DNA from: Octopus vulgaris
Lineage: Eukaryota
NCBI GenBank assembly: GCA_951406725.2
Contig: OX597819.1
Span: 31,930,001 to 31,994,000, forward strand
Reading direction: 5' to 3'
DNA: 64,000 bases
The notes beneath the pieces were generated by a model. That model was not told the origin of the DNA. It ran no database searches and was given only the letters and a program-made list of their open reading frames with translations. A program made the translations under genes and the position numbers. Below are positions 1 to 14,248 of this stretch, piece by piece (the stretch's first letter is position 1; the number at the start of each line of letters is the position of its first letter).

Positions 1-38
1 TAGATTTTGTTGATAGTTCAGAGAGAAAGAGGGAGAAA

Positions 39-90
<52 letters not shown>

Positions 91-473
91 GAGATGGAAA
101 TGGGAGGGGACGAGTGTAAAGCGAGCTGTTATATTTGGCATCTGCAATGGGAATAGAGGAGAGGGAAGAGTGAAGGGGAGGAGAGGTTAGAGAGAAAGAG
201 AGAGAGAGAGTAAAAGAAGGAAAGGAGAGAGTGATGGAGGGAGGAACAAAACAAAATAGAGTGAGTGAAGGTATACTGAAAGGTAATGAGAGGTAGTGAG
301 AGATCTTCGTGATCTTTTAACAAATAGAAATAACAGTTTGAGTGTGTGTGTAAAATATCTACTTGCATGAAACATTTGGTAACCTTGCTAACCTGCAAAT
401 AAAGAATATTTATCAACCAATGCAGTGTTGAGCACTCATTCTCACTGATTGATATTAATGTATATATACGTAT

Positions 474-802
<329 letters not shown>

Positions 803-834
803 AGAATAATCTTACTTAGAAATGGATGCGTGCG

Positions 835-914
<80 letters not shown>

Positions 915-1185
915 TTTATATCTCGAAGGACATAAAGCTATAAATAACAACATGTAAATATTGGGTTTAAAATTCCTCTTGGATATATCACCTTACAGAT
1001 CAAAGAAAGAAGGACTCATTCGAAAATGTTGTCCTTGATATATTACACGGGATGCTCACAGTTAAAACGTATTTGGATATATATGTACTCATTTAGAGCT
1101 GACTTGTGACTTAACAATAACAACAATAACAACATTGTACAAAAGGAGAAAGTTCCAGTCGGTGTCATACGCTGGGATGAAAGGA

Positions 1186-1408
1186 TTACTCTTTTTTTTG
1201 GGTTTTTACTTGTTTCAGTCATTTGACTGCGGCCATGCTGGAGCGCCGCCTTTAGTCGAACAACTCAACTCCCGGGACTTATTCTTTGTAAGCCTAGTAC
1301 TTATTCTATCGGTCTCTTTTGCCGAACCGCTAAGTGACGGGGACGTAAACACACCAGCATTGGTTGCCAAGCAATGCTAGAGGGACAAACACAGACACAC
1401 AAACATAT

Positions 1409-1485
<77 letters not shown>

Positions 1486-1606
1486 TACGACAGGCTTCTT
1501 TCAGTTTCCGTCTACCAAATCCACTCACAAGGCTTTGGTCGGCCCGAGGCTATAGCAGAAGACACTTGCCCAAGATGCCACGCAGTGGGACTGAACCCGG
1601 AACCAT

Positions 1607-1676
<70 letters not shown>

Positions 1677-1847
1677 CATATATACGACGGGCTTCTTTCA
1701 ATTTCTGTCTACCAAATCCACTCACAAGGCTTTGGTCGGCCCGAAGCTATAGTAGAAGACACTTGCCCAAGGTGCCACGCAGTGGGACTGAACCCGGAAC
1801 CATGTGGTTGGTAAGGAAGCTACTTACCACACAGCCACTCCTACGCC
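1186..1847 (-). mobile_element. SINE-A with tandemly duplicated head segment
   Basis: 3' half 1186-1418, (TA)n, partial head 1485-1608, (TA)n, full tRNA-like head 1683-1847 (A box tggctgtgtgg, B box ggttcagtccc on - strand). Confidence 0.9.
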
Positions 1848-2069
1848 GGATTGTGAAAGTATTTGATATAGATTTTGATTAATGATAGCGTACATTGTTG
1901 GTCCGTATGAGTATGACGAAAGCGAATAATCTGTGACAATCTTAACTTTTTTGTTCAAATATAGTTGCGAGTAGAAGTGATGTCAGTTCACTTGACTGCT
2001 ATTTCTAGCACGTTGAGGCATTGTAACTGGCTGAAGTTATTATGTGAGTATTAGAATTTTGACATCCGG

Positions 2070-2145
2070 TAACGTCGGGTGGTATCGGTTGACATCGAGT
2101 CGCATCGGATGGCATCGGGTGGCATCCGGGGACAATGGGTGGTCT
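2070..2145. repeat. Degenerate 10-bp minisatellite (GCATCGGGTG)n
   Basis: About 7 imperfect tandem units. Confidence 0.6.
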
Positions 2146-2862
2146 CAGGCACACATTAGGCCCTGTTCAATTTATTTAGACGAGCTGAAACTGTTAGAAT
2201 AACCATAGAAAGGACAAAGGAGACAAACAACGCAGTGATTGTCGATAGTCTTGGATTGAACCTGAGTCAGCAACCTTATGATCAAAAGTATTCCGGCCGT
2301 GACTATCACGTCAGAGCCATCATTGTTTATTGTTCATTGTTCACCATTCATTGTTCGTTATTGATTTTGTCCTTCCTTTCTCTAAATTACAGTATTGGGG
2401 GATATTTAGCTGCTATGTCCAGCAGGCAGAGCGACCGCATAGTCACTTCATCGGTGATGCCTGCTGCTGAGTGAATCATTTGCCAATCAGGATGACGGTT
2501 CGTTTTGAATGTTTATCTCTTTCTTTATTTATTTTTTTCTTCTTCATATTTTAATGTTTTGCGTGGGTGTAGGAACTGTAGGAACAGCAGCAGCAAGAAT
2601 AATAGTAATAGTAGTAGTAGCAGCAGCAGCAGTACCTCACCAGCAACAGCAGCAGTAATAGCTAAAATACCGTCCCGGATATGTGAGTTGCACTTTAATA
2701 TGGCTGACACTTCAGCCTGACGTATTTCAGGAAGTTGATGATGTGAGGGCGGTTAGTTGACAGAAATTGTAAAATGACGGAGGAAGACCACATGATTGCC
2801 CCGACTGTTAGAAATAGCAGCTAAGTTCAGTCATGTTACACGTTACTGTCTAAAAGAAATTT

Positions 2863-3281
2863 GGAGTAGGAAGGAGCGACTGTGTGGTAAGAAGTTTGCT
2901 GGCAGAAACTTTAGCACGCCGGGCGAAATGCTTCGTGGTATTTCACCCGTCGCTGCGTTCTGAGTTCAAATTCCGCCGAGGTCGGCTTTGCCTTTCATCC
3001 TTTCGGGGTCGATGAAATAAGTACCACTTACGCACTGGGGTCAATATAATCGACTTAATCCGTTTGTCTGTCCTTGTTTTGTCTCCTGTGTGTGTGGCCC
3101 CTTGTGGGCAATAAAGAAATAAGAAGTTTGCTTCTCAATCCCATGATTCCAGGTTCAGTCCCACTGCATGGTACCTCGGGCAAGTGTCTCCTTCTTTACC
3201 CTCGGATCGACCAAAGCCTTGTGGGTGGATTTCTTAGATGGAAACTGAATGAAGAACGTCGTACGACGTGTTTCTTTATGT

Positions 3282-3325
<44 letters not shown>

Positions 3326-3525
3326 TATCTGTCCCTCTACGGCTTGAGAAGATGTGTCGGTGTGTTTACGTCCTTATGTCTTAGCTGTTTGACAAAAGAG
3401 ATCGATGTAATAAGCACCAGGCATCAGAAGGTAAGTACAAGAGCCGACTCGTTTGACTAAAATTCTTCAAGGGGGTGCTCCAGCATGGCCGCAGTCTAAT
3501 GACCGAAACAAGTAACAAGATTAAA
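2863..3525 (+). mobile_element. SINE-A interrupted by a SINE-B1
   Basis: Head starts at 2863 and resumes at about 3133; CORE-like ctcgggcaagtg; tail ggtgctccagcatggccgcagtc. Confidence 0.85.
2901..3119 (+). mobile_element. SINE-B1 (tRNA-derived, Meta-like core) with 13-bp TSD
   Basis: TSD taagaagtttgct at 2888-2900 and 3120-3132; core gcctttcatcctttcggggtcgat resembles the MetaSINE central domain (from memory). Confidence 0.9.
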
Positions 3526-3719
3526 AAAAAAGAAAGAGATCTAGATTATATAATCCTAGATAAACTATGCATGAAAATAGGAGAGGATGATCCACGGCTG
3601 GATTATCCTTGAATATGGGCTCGCTGGATCATGGTTGACCCGATGTTTAGTTAGCATCAAGAATAAATGTGTTTGTTCATGATGGCTAGTCAAATATTCT
3701 CCCGCCTTTACAGTATTCA

Positions 3720-4588
3720 TCAGCGTAAATATTGGCACAAAGCCAGTAGTTTCGGGGAGGTAAGTCACATCGACCTCAGTGTTCAACTGGTACTTATCAC
3801 ATCGACCCCGAAAAGATGAAAGACGAAGTCGACTTTTAGCGGAATTTTAACTCAGAATGCCGCTAAGCCTTTTGCCTGACATGCTGTCGATTCATAATAA
3901 TAATAATAATAATAACCTTTTCATAAGGCTTGAAATTTGGTGGGAGGGGACTAGCCGATTGTATCGACACCAGTGTTTTACTGGTTCTTAATTTATCGAC
4001 CTCGAAAGGATGAAAGGTAAAGTCAACCGCGGCGGAATTTGAACTCAGAACATAGCAATGGGCAAATACCTATTTCTTTTCTACCCACAAGGGGCTAAAT
4101 ACAAAGAGGACAAACAAGGACAGACAAACGGATTAAGTCGATTATATCGACCCCAGTGCGTAACTGGTACTTATTTAATCGACCCCGAAAGGATGAACGG
4201 CAAAGTCGATCACGGCGGAACTTGAACTCAGAACGTAACGCAGACGAAATACGTATTTCATTATTACCCACAAGGGGCTAAACATAGAGGGGACAAACAA
4301 GGACAGACATAGGTATTAAGTTCGATTACATCGACCCCAGCGCGTAACTGGTACTTAATTTATCGACCCCGAAAGGATGAACGGCAAAGTCAACCTCAGC
4401 GGAATTTGAACTCAAAATGTAGAGATGTAGGCGCAGGAGTGGCTGTGTGGTAAGTAGCTTGCTTACCAACCACATGGTTCCGGGTTCATTCCCAGTGCGT
4501 GGCACCTTGGGCAAGTGTCTTCTATAGCCTCGGGGTGACTAAAGTCTTGTGAGTAGATTTGGTAAATAGAAACTGAAAGAAGCCCATC

Positions 4589-4659
<71 letters not shown>

Positions 4660-4948
4660 TATGTATATGTTTGTGTGTCTGTGTTTGTCCCCACAGAATC
4701 GCTTACAACCGATGGTGGTGTGTTTACGTCCCCGTAGCTTAGCGGTTCGGCAAAAGAGACCGATAGAATAAGTACTAGGCGTCCAAAGAATAAGTCGATT
4801 TGCTCGACTAAAGGCGGTGCTCCAGCATGGCCGCAGTCAAGTGACTGAAACAAGTAAAAGAGAAGAAAAAAAAAAGAGAAAAAAGATGGACGCAATGCCG
4901 CAAAGCACCTGGCCAGGCGTGCTAACGATTCTGCTATGTCGCCGCCTT
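3720..4948 (-). mobile_element. SINE-B array: B2 remnants plus two B1 units, head split off by a SINE-A insertion
   Basis: Repeated atcgaccccgaaaggatgaa units; tail|GGTATTT-type junctions at 4070/4071 and 4253/4254; head at 4885-4948. Confidence 0.85.
4429..4880 (+). mobile_element. SINE-A, full length, nested in SINE-B
   Basis: aggcgcaggagtggctgtgtgg head, internal (TA)n, tail ...gactgaaacaagtaaaag; SINE-B continues on both sides. Confidence 0.9.
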
Positions 4949-5239
4949 ACACAACTGTAAATGCTGATATTTAAGTTTGATACAAGAACACATGTTTTAT
5001 GTGAGGATGAAATCGATTATATTGATCTCAGTATTGAACTGTTTCTTTATTTTATCGACCTCATTATGTATGAATAACAAAGTCGATATCGGCAAAAAAT
5101 CGAACTCAGAAAATAAAGGGACTTACCTGACTACAACAATCAATTTTGTCAAATATTCTACAGATTCTGCCATTAAATATACGGATATAAGTCTTTTGGT
5201 AGCAGGTTTATAAGTTGCCTCAAACGAATCTTGTATATT

Positions 5240-5648
5240 TGGCAGAATCGTTAGCACGCCGGTGAAATGCTTTGTGGTATTTCGTCTGCCGTTACGTTCT
5301 GAGTTCAAATTCCGCCGAGGTCGACTTTGCCTTTCATCCTTTCGGGGTCGATTAAATAAGTACCAGTTACGCACTGGGGTCGATGTAATCGATTTAATAC
5401 CTATGTCTGTCCTTGTTTGTCCCCTCTATGTTTAGCCCCTTGTGGGTAATAAAGAAATAGGTATTTCGTCTGCCGTTACGTTCTGAGTTCAAATTCCGCC
5501 GAGGTCGACTCTGCCTTTCATCCTTTCGGGGTCGATAAATTAAGTACCAGTAACGCACTGGGGTCGATATAATCAACTTAACCCGTTTGTCTGTCCTTGT
5601 TTCTCCCTTCTGTGCTTATCACCTTGTGGGGAGTAAAGAAATAGGTAT
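5240..5648 (+). mobile_element. SINE-B1 dimer (one head, two body+tail units)
   Basis: Junction GAAATA|GGTATTTCGTC at 5459/5460; ends GAAATA|GGTAT at 5643/5644. Confidence 0.9.
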
Positions 5649-6100
5649 CGATTATTACTAGTTTTTACTTGTTTATAAAAATGAAAGTTAATCTGGTAAA
5701 CAGCCGAGTGGATAAGGCAGAGGGATCAATGGTTCATAATCTGTCTTAAGCACTATAGGCTTTCATGATATCAACATTCAACAGCTCCACTACCACGTTG
5801 GCGTTGTGTGTCATGACGTGTGAGTGCATGTGTGTGTGAGTGTGAGTATGTGTGTGTGTGTGTGTGTGTGTGCGTGTATGATGTGTGTGTGTGAGTGTGC
5901 ATGCGTGGGTGTTTGATTGTGTTCTAACCTAGAACCAAGGCTCCTTCATTGGAATTTCATCATCAACAACAGGGTATTTTTGTTTGTATGTATGAATGTA
6001 TGTATATGTGCAAATTTGTATGTTTTGTTTTATTGCATGTATTCTCATGCATATAGTTGCATATCTAGAATGCTGATATGAATATATATATATATATATA

Positions 6101-6306
6101 TTGGGAGACTTTACGAAAAAAAACAACAAAAGACGAAGACAGGTGGTGTACAAAACAAACAGATGTATTAGTATAACACTCAGGAATAGAAAAAGTATTT
6201 TACGTTTCGAGCCTACGCTCTTCTACAGAAAGGGACACAGAAAAAAAAACAAAGAGAGAAACAAGGAGAGACAAAAATGTGTGTAGTGGCTAACGATCTA
6301 TCATGG

Positions 6307-6308
<2 letters not shown>
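6101..6308 (-). mobile_element. Penelope-like (Neptune-type) terminal repeat with hammerhead-like motif
   Basis: Same sequence at 7931-8120 and 52810-53000; the latter adjoins Neptune-type RT fragments. Confidence 0.7.
6197..6232 (-). ncRNA. Minimal type I hammerhead-like motif, CUGUAGA core variant
   Basis: - strand CTTT CTGTAGA A GAGC gtag GCTC GAAAC GTA AAAT. Confidence 0.5.
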
Positions 6309-6374
<66 letters not shown>

Positions 6375-6520
6375 ATATAAATGATAAACTTCTGATGGAT
6401 GTATGTATGTCATAATTCAGTTTATATCAAGATTTCTTGCACATAGAGAAAGAACGGTTTCTAATCTAGATCCAAGGCTCCCTCATTGGAATTGCAACAT
6501 CAACAACGGTATTTTTGTAT
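6375..6520 (-). mobile_element. PLE-type terminal repeat fragment (partial second copy at 5922-5985)
   Basis: Duplicated ctaga.ccaaggctcc.tcattggaatt...caacaac; - strand CCAATGA...GAAACCGTT hammerhead-like layout. Confidence 0.45.
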
Positions 6521-6554
6521 GTATGTATGTACAGATTTGTATGTTTTATGTATG

Positions 6555-7085
6555 TATGTCTCATCGGTAGATAATACCGTATTGACATTTTCGGACAACT
6601 GCTTATGATGTGAGGTTATCAGACAAAGAATATTGCCCGAGGATCTGTCTTCCAAGTCTTATGATGTTATCAGCCTCATGTATGGAAACTTGATCAAGGG
6701 ATGATGCATGTTGCCAAAGGGATATGATGAGAAATTCAAAGGCAATCTGGATCGATGTTAAGCCTCTGCTGTCTTCTTTTCGCTTTAGGTAGAGCCGGTC
6801 TACATCACCGTTTACGTGAAAATTATGTATGCTTTTTAGTATTTTTCGGGTTTTCACATCAATGACTCGGATCTCATCAAGCATCCAATCAAGCAGCCCG
6901 AAAGTTGGTATGAATACTGGCACTGCAAACATATTGTGGGCCACTGTTTAATTGAATGCAGAGAGTTCTGAGGTCCAAATATTCTTTATTCGGCTGTAAT
7001 ATTCTTTAGTGACACGTGTTTTGTTACAGGTGCCATTGTAAGATATATTTTTATCTATCCTTAGATACCTGTGACATTCTTCGTC
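6555..7085 (-). mobile_element. R4/Dong-like non-LTR retrotransposon RT/thumb remnant
   Basis: Translates to KEYYSRIKNIWTSELSAFN*TVAHNMFAVPV..FGLLDW...IDVKTRKIL...DVDRLYLKRKEDSRGLTSI. Confidence 0.8.
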
Positions 7086-7091
7086 AGATAC

Positions 7092-7122
<31 letters not shown>

Positions 7123-7261
7123 TGTATGTATGTATGTATGTATGTATGTATGTATGTATGTATGTATGTATGTATGTATCTGTCTGCCTATCTGCCTATC
7201 TATCTATCTATTTATCTATATGAATACATACGCACACATACATACATACATACATACATGA

Positions 7262-7500
7262 TAATAAAAATAGCAAATAAAGAAAAGTAGGCATAATATA
7301 AATAAAGAAATTAAAAGAATAATGTAACAGACTTCTCTTTACAGCTGTTTCGGTTAAACCACGACTGGTGCTATTACTATGTATATTATATAATAAGGTC
7401 GCACAATATCGTTGGTCTATGGAGTAAAAGGAAATTTTAATACATCCGTAAGGTGAAATCATGTTGACTTAATAAAAAAACTGCACGATTTTAACTCACG
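7262..7500 (-). mobile_element. PLE-type terminal repeat with partial hammerhead
   Basis: - strand TGA GTTAAAATCG...CGTGGTTTAACC GAAACAGCTGTA (palindromic stem III at 7340-7351); the CUGA part is lost. Confidence 0.45.
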
Positions 7501-7930
7501 GATGTATGTATGTATGTATGTATGTATGTATGTATGTATGTATGTATGTATGTATGTATGTATGCATGCATGTACGTGTGTGTGTGTGTGAGCATGTATG
7601 TATGTGTGTGCATTTTTCTACTTTCACTTTAGAGTCAATTTTGACCGGCCACCTGCTTAGTGGAAAGGTTGTGAGGAAAATGATCTTATATTAGGCAAGA
7701 TTTAAATATTAAGCAATTCTATTTACGGCTCCATTCATCTTGACCGTTTGTAGCATATGAATAAAAAAATTCGCATTTGCTCCTCAAAGAATCTGAGTTC
7801 AGGCTTATTTTGCTCGATCGAGGTGGCTGGGTACGTACCCTGTTGCTCCAATAATAAATGGTATGAAACTGAACGTGTATGTATGTATGTATTTATGTCT
7901 GTCTGTCTGTATATATATATCTATATATAC

Positions 7931-8120
7931 AGGGAGAGTTTACGAAAAAAAAACAAAAACAAAAGACAAAGACAGGTGGTGTACAAAACAAACAGATGTA
8001 TTAGCATAACGCTCAGGAATAGAACAAGTCTTTTACGTTTCGAGCCTACGCTCTTCTACAGAAAGGGACACAGAAAAAAAGGAGAGAAACAAGAAGAGAA
8101 AAAAATGTGTGTAGTGGCTA
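7931..8120 (-). mobile_element. Penelope-like terminal repeat, copy 2
   Basis: Near identical to 6101-6290. Confidence 0.7.
8030..8065 (-). ncRNA. Minimal type I hammerhead-like motif, CUGUAGA core variant
   Basis: - strand CTTT CTGTAGA A GAGC gtag GCTC GAAAC GTA AAAG; stem I CTTT/AAAG perfect, stem III ACGT palindrome. Confidence 0.55.
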
Positions 8121-8125
8121 AACAA

Positions 8126-8726
<601 letters not shown>

Positions 8727-8776
8727 GCATGTATATATATATCTGTATATATATACACACACATACACAGACATAG

Positions 8777-8822
<46 letters not shown>

Positions 8823-8972
8823 GCGCGCGCACACACACACGCACCCACACACACACACACACACACACACGCAAACACGTTAACACACTTGTTTTTATGA
8901 TTTTCGACTACTCTCAGTCGTTAAATTGCGGTCATGCTAGGTCATTGCAGTTTTTTGTTGATATATCAACTG

Positions 8973-9003
<31 letters not shown>

Positions 9004-9292
9004 GAGTGTGTGTGGGCGCGTGTATTTATGATTTTATTTTTCTCAGAATTCAAGAGGATTCACGTACAAAGTGACAAAGCGTTTTTGTTTGCGTCTAGAC
9101 AGTTCCTTGGCTTCGTAAATATGTGTGCAAGTTAATGAGTGAATATATGCAAGCACATGCGTAGATATAGTTGCTGCCATGTAATGCGTGTGCTTGTCTA
9201 TCGACCAGATGATCGCGTGTTCTATTCTACTTGAAGTATAAATGTGTATGTCATCTCCACATGGAATTTTGTGTGGGCATGTATATATATAT

Positions 9293-9667
9293 ATTCTTTT
9301 ACTTGATTCATTCATATGACTGGAGCATCGCCTTAAAGGGGTTTTCTTGTCGAAGAACTCGACCGCAGGACTTATTCTATCGGTATATTTTGCCGAACCG
9401 GTAAGTTACTGGGACGTAAACACACCAACATCGGTTGTCAAGCGATGGTAGGGGGACAAATACAGACACAAAGACACAGACACGCACATACATACACACA
9501 CATATACAGCGAGCTTCTTTCAGTTGTTCTCTACCAAATCCACTCACAAGGCTTTGGTCGGCACGACGCTATAATAGAAGGCACTTGCCGAAGGTGTCAC
9601 GCAGTGGGACTGAACCCGGAACCATGTGGTTGGGAAGCAAGCTTCTCAACACTCAGCCACGCCTGCA

Positions 9668-9669
<2 letters not shown>
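9293..9669 (-). mobile_element. SINE-A, diverged
   Basis: Head and tail motifs as in other copies. Confidence 0.85.
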
Positions 9670-9715
<46 letters not shown>

Positions 9716-9840
9716 AAATACAAACTGGGACAAGAACGCAAAACATTTAGAAGATGATACAAAAAACACGGGCGAGACATTCGAAGCCTTCAATCTTCAG
9801 TCAAGAACCGGATCATCCTCGCAATTTCGACTGAACTCTT
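9716..9840 (-). mobile_element. PLE-type terminal repeat fragment
   Basis: Homologous to 25280-25415 (cttgactgaagattgaa.gct), which follows a GIY-YIG C-terminus. Confidence 0.55.
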
Positions 9841-9854
9841 TAGGAAACTCAAAT

Positions 9855-11190
9855 GGAGAAACCGTAGGATGTTTTATAAATTTTCGGTGATCAATTGTAT
9901 TTGAAAGATGCGCATATCAGTTAACTCTTTTCTTTCATGGAAAATGTCAATAATCTAAACCTATAACGTAAATTTGCTCTTACATAACAGGGTACCAATG
10001 ATATTGAATATAAATAAAAAAAATCTTCTGCTAGAATACAATACATACAAGTTCTGCGTTAAATCGTTTTTGACGTTTTCTTTTCCCACACTTTTAAACA
10101 AGACATCCACATCTCCTGGGCAGCTGACTTCTATAAGAGTGCATTAGATTTATTCCCTGTCTTAAAGAACAATATCAAGTATGGTATGTCTCCACAGGAA
10201 TGCTGCTTTATTGGTCTGTTACACTACCTTTCTCCATTTCAAATGATGTGGATGTATTCAGGTTCCGGAGTGGCTTTGGTATGATCGTTATTGCAATCTT
10301 TTCCACCGACAGCCCTTTAATCAGTTGTGACTACGATGTCATATCACATAGGTACCTAATAACTTGTGGATCTCTATCAGACAGCTGCTGATGACGTGTG
10401 TGATATGTATGTGATGATGTGTGTGATAGATTCTATAACAACGCTGAAGCTTATAAACATCCTTCTCTTATTAATCAGCTAATAACTAGCTCTTGTTCCT
10501 GTATAGCAAAGGTTTTCACTACACTTGGGATATGATGTATCTATTATACCTCCAGGAGAGACTACACTTCCTATCAATGTTTGCGTTCTCAAGCTTGCGT
10601 GCACCCATGTGTAATTTTCTCCTGTTATGATGAGTATTCCTCCTATAAATTTCTGTTAGTCCAAGCACTCATAGCCCCATGGAACAGCTACACACTCAGG
10701 ATATCTATCTATTCAGGTTTTATTCATCCCCACACATAATTTTATTATTTTCACTATTGAATATACATTTGATATAGTTACGTTTTCTTTTACTATTTAA
10801 TAGACACTATCTGAGGCCATCAAGGCACACATAATGTTCCCACGTTCATACTTTCTTTTAGAGTCACTGTGGAAATAATAGTCACCAATGGCGGTTAGTG
10901 TCCTTGTCTTGAGCTTCAAGTCGCAGATCTCTTCAAGTGTCTAATCTAGTATCCCAAGTGACTGTAGTAGATGACTGAGCCTGCATAAGATTTAAGGAGC
11001 ATCGACTTCTTGAATGTATGTATGTATGTATGTATGTATGTATGTATGTATGTATGTATGTACGTACGTAAGAATATATATAGGTATGTAAGTATATCTC
11101 TCATGCTCCTAGCTGTTGGATGTTCAAAGTCTGTTGAGTTCATCCACAGCTTGGCCGATTTGGTTACGCTCTGCAGGATTTTTTTGCTTG
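9855..11190 (-). mobile_element. Degraded R4/Dong-like LINE (thumb, Zn knuckle, restriction-like endonuclease)
   Basis: Frameshifted peptides LGILD*TLEEICDLKLKTR, FAIQEQEL, ESITH..HVISSC, DIVL..LIEVSCPGDVDV..KEN. Confidence 0.7.
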
Positions 11191-11229
11191 GTTTTCGTTT
11201 GTTTTCATGCAACGGTAACTATCCACATT

Positions 11230-11630
11230 GCCAAACAGGCTTGTTAGGGCTGCCGGTTTAGCAGCTGATGGTCCGATCATGCAATATGTACCGGGTACAC
11301 ACGTTTAATTATGTCAGCTTCTCAAAGGCAGACCTACTCAGCCACAAGCTTAGTTTCAGGGACGCCCTAGTCAACCAATGTAATATGCACGTTGGTTAGC
11401 AGAGATGTGGGTTGGCCACTTGACCCATTCGGCATTGTAGAACCCGACTTGATGGTCGGTCTGCTGCTGGAGAGCTTACTTGTAATCGATGTGGCGTGGC
11501 TTGTAACACTCTTGCAGGCCTTAGGAACCATATAAAACATAATCAGCGATAGGGAGGCCGAAAATGAGATATTTCCTAGAGTGAAATGGATGTAGGAAGT
11601 GGCCTTACTCGGTCATGAGTCGAGTTTCAC
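11230..11630 (+). mobile_element. RTE-clade LINE 3' remnant
   Basis: KLSFRDAL and C-terminal C2H2 CNRCGVACNTLAGLRNH typical of RTE ORF ends. Confidence 0.55.
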
Positions 11631-11924
11631 AATGCATATCCCGATGTATAACCATGCGTGAGTCAGCATTTACACTATAGCATGGACACAAATATGGTCA
11701 GTTCCAAGTACTTCGCGTACAAATATTTCAAATATAGAAAAGGTCATTTTAAACCCGGAAGAATGAGCCTTGTTTTGGAATCCAAAGCCGCCCACATATA
11801 ACTGCAATATAACTTACAGTTCTGAGAATGAATGAACAAAAATATTTCATGTAATATATTAATGTTTTATATAGATTTTATTTCCTATTCTGTTTCCCAC
11901 AAAAATATGTTTACCACTAGACAC

Positions 11925-12160
<236 letters not shown>

Positions 12161-12405
12161 CACAGAGTAGAGTTGGCAATGTCACCGAGTGCTCTGGTTT
12201 TTATAAAGAAGTAGGACAATCGTTTAGTAAGTCACCATGTCTTCTGTGATTAGGAACGGAAACACGGCTAGGAGACTACAGGAAATTCATATAAAGCGAA
12301 AATGAACATCACAACATAGGGAAAATAATTTGGGGTTTTATTGCTCCATCATATATATATACAACACATTCACACACATACACACATACACGCACAGAGG
12401 CTTGC

Positions 12406-12406
<1 letters not shown>

Positions 12407-12436
<30 letters not shown>

Positions 12437-13270
12437 TGTATGTATGTATGTATGTGTTTATGTATGTATGTGTGTATGTATGTATGTGTGTATGTATGTG
12501 TGTGTATGTATGTATGCATGTATTTATGTATGTGTGTATGTATGTATGTATGTATGTATGTATGTATGTGTGTATGTATGTGTGTGTGTATGTATGTATG
12601 TGTATATGAATGTATGTATGTGTGTATGTATGTATGTGTGTATGTATGTATGTGTGTATGTATGTATGTATGTATGTATGTGTGTATGTATGTATGTATA
12701 TGTGTATGTATGTATGTGTGTATGTATGTATGTGTGTGTGTGTATGTGTGTATATATGTATGTATGTATGTATGTATGTGTGTGTGTATGTATGTATGTG
12801 TGTGTGTATGTATACATGTATGTATGTGTGTATGTATGTATGTATGTATGTGCGTATGTATGTATGTCTGTATGTATGTATGTGTGTATGTATGTGTGTA
12901 TGTATGTATATGTGTATGTATGTATGTATGTATGTATGTATGTGTGTGTGTATGTATGTGTGTATGTATGTATGTATGTATGTATGTATGTATGTATGTA
13001 TGTATGTATGTGTGTATGTGTGTATGTATGTGTGTATGTATGTATGTGTGTATGTATGTACGTATGTATGTATGTATTTATGTATGTATGTATGTGTGTA
13101 TGTATGTATGTGTGTGTGTATGTATGCATGTATTTATGTGTGCGTGTATATGTGTATAGATATATGCACAAATACGTACGTGTACGCAGCTGTGCGTATT
13201 TGTGCATGCTTGTGTTTATGTATCTATGCGTATATGTATGCGTGTATAATGTATTTTTGTATGTATAGTG
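12407..13270. repeat. Compound (TATG)n/(TG)n array
   Basis: About 860 bp; source of the spurious MYVC ORFs. Confidence 0.95.
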
Positions 13271-13507
13271 CATATGTGAAGTAAGAATGAACTTGAACGG
13301 GTGACTCATGACCGAGTAATTTAATACTTGGCTTACTCAACCAGTTCATCTTTAACACCCACCCAGCATACACAAACATACACATACGTACATACATACA
13401 TACATACATACATACATACATACATACATACAGACAGACAGACAGACAGATAGACAGACAGACATACAGTCATATGTATAAGGCGTATATGTATATACTC
13501 ACATATG

Positions 13508-14248
13508 CAAGGTCTGATCAATAAGTATCCGGACTGTTGACATAGTAACGAAGCTAAATCACGCAGAGTGAAGCCACTTGGCACAGATTGACCTTGAACT
13601 CTACTGTGCATGTGCACTAGGATTTAATGTTCTAGCACACTTCCACTGTTTACAGCAGTGCTTGGAAGGAAAGTGTGTAGCGTGCGATTGTTGCATTGAC
13701 CATGACAGTGAAAGTTGTCATGACGATACCTGCTCAGAGGCCAACTCAAAGTTGCAGAAAGTGTATGAAGAGGAGTGTATGGGCCACATACAGGTGTACG
13801 AGCGATTCAGACGTTTCCAAAATGACTGAAAAAATGTCGATATTGACGAACTTCTGGGAGTCTCGCAACCAGCAGAACGGAGGAAAATATCGCAAATGTG
13901 CGTGCAGCTATGAGGGAAAATCGTCGAACCACCATCTCTGAGTTATCAGAGAATGTACAGATTAGTTACGGTTCAGTTCAGTCAATTATCACTGAAGATT
14001 TGGGTATGAGACGCGTGTCTGCCAAGTTTGTGCCCAAACGGCTTTCAGCTGACCAAAAAGGCACTCGGGTTTCAGTTGCACAAGATCTCCCTGATTATGT
14101 CGAGAACGATGAAAACTTTTTGAAAACTTTGAGTAGGCCTCTGAGCAGGTATCACCAAGCTTTTGGCAAAATTTGATGCAGATTCTCCATTTCCCTTTCT
14201 CTGTCATGGTCAATGCGACGATCATACGCTGTACACCTTTCTACCAGG
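13508..14248 (+). mobile_element. Mariner remnant with internal inverted duplication
   Basis: TIR-like caaggtctgatcaataagtatccggact; QVYERFRRF and ENRRTTISELSE...LGMRRVSAKFVPKRLS...DENFL; 14125-14245 is an inverted copy of the N-terminus. Confidence 0.85.

Noticed and set aside
5240-5648. Regularly spaced repeats resembling a CRISPR array
   Set aside because: Tandem SINE units without unique spacers, eukaryotic context, no cas genes
12330-13309. Long ORFs of 224-312 aa (MYVC and HTYI repeats)
   Set aside because: Translations of a stop-free microsatellite
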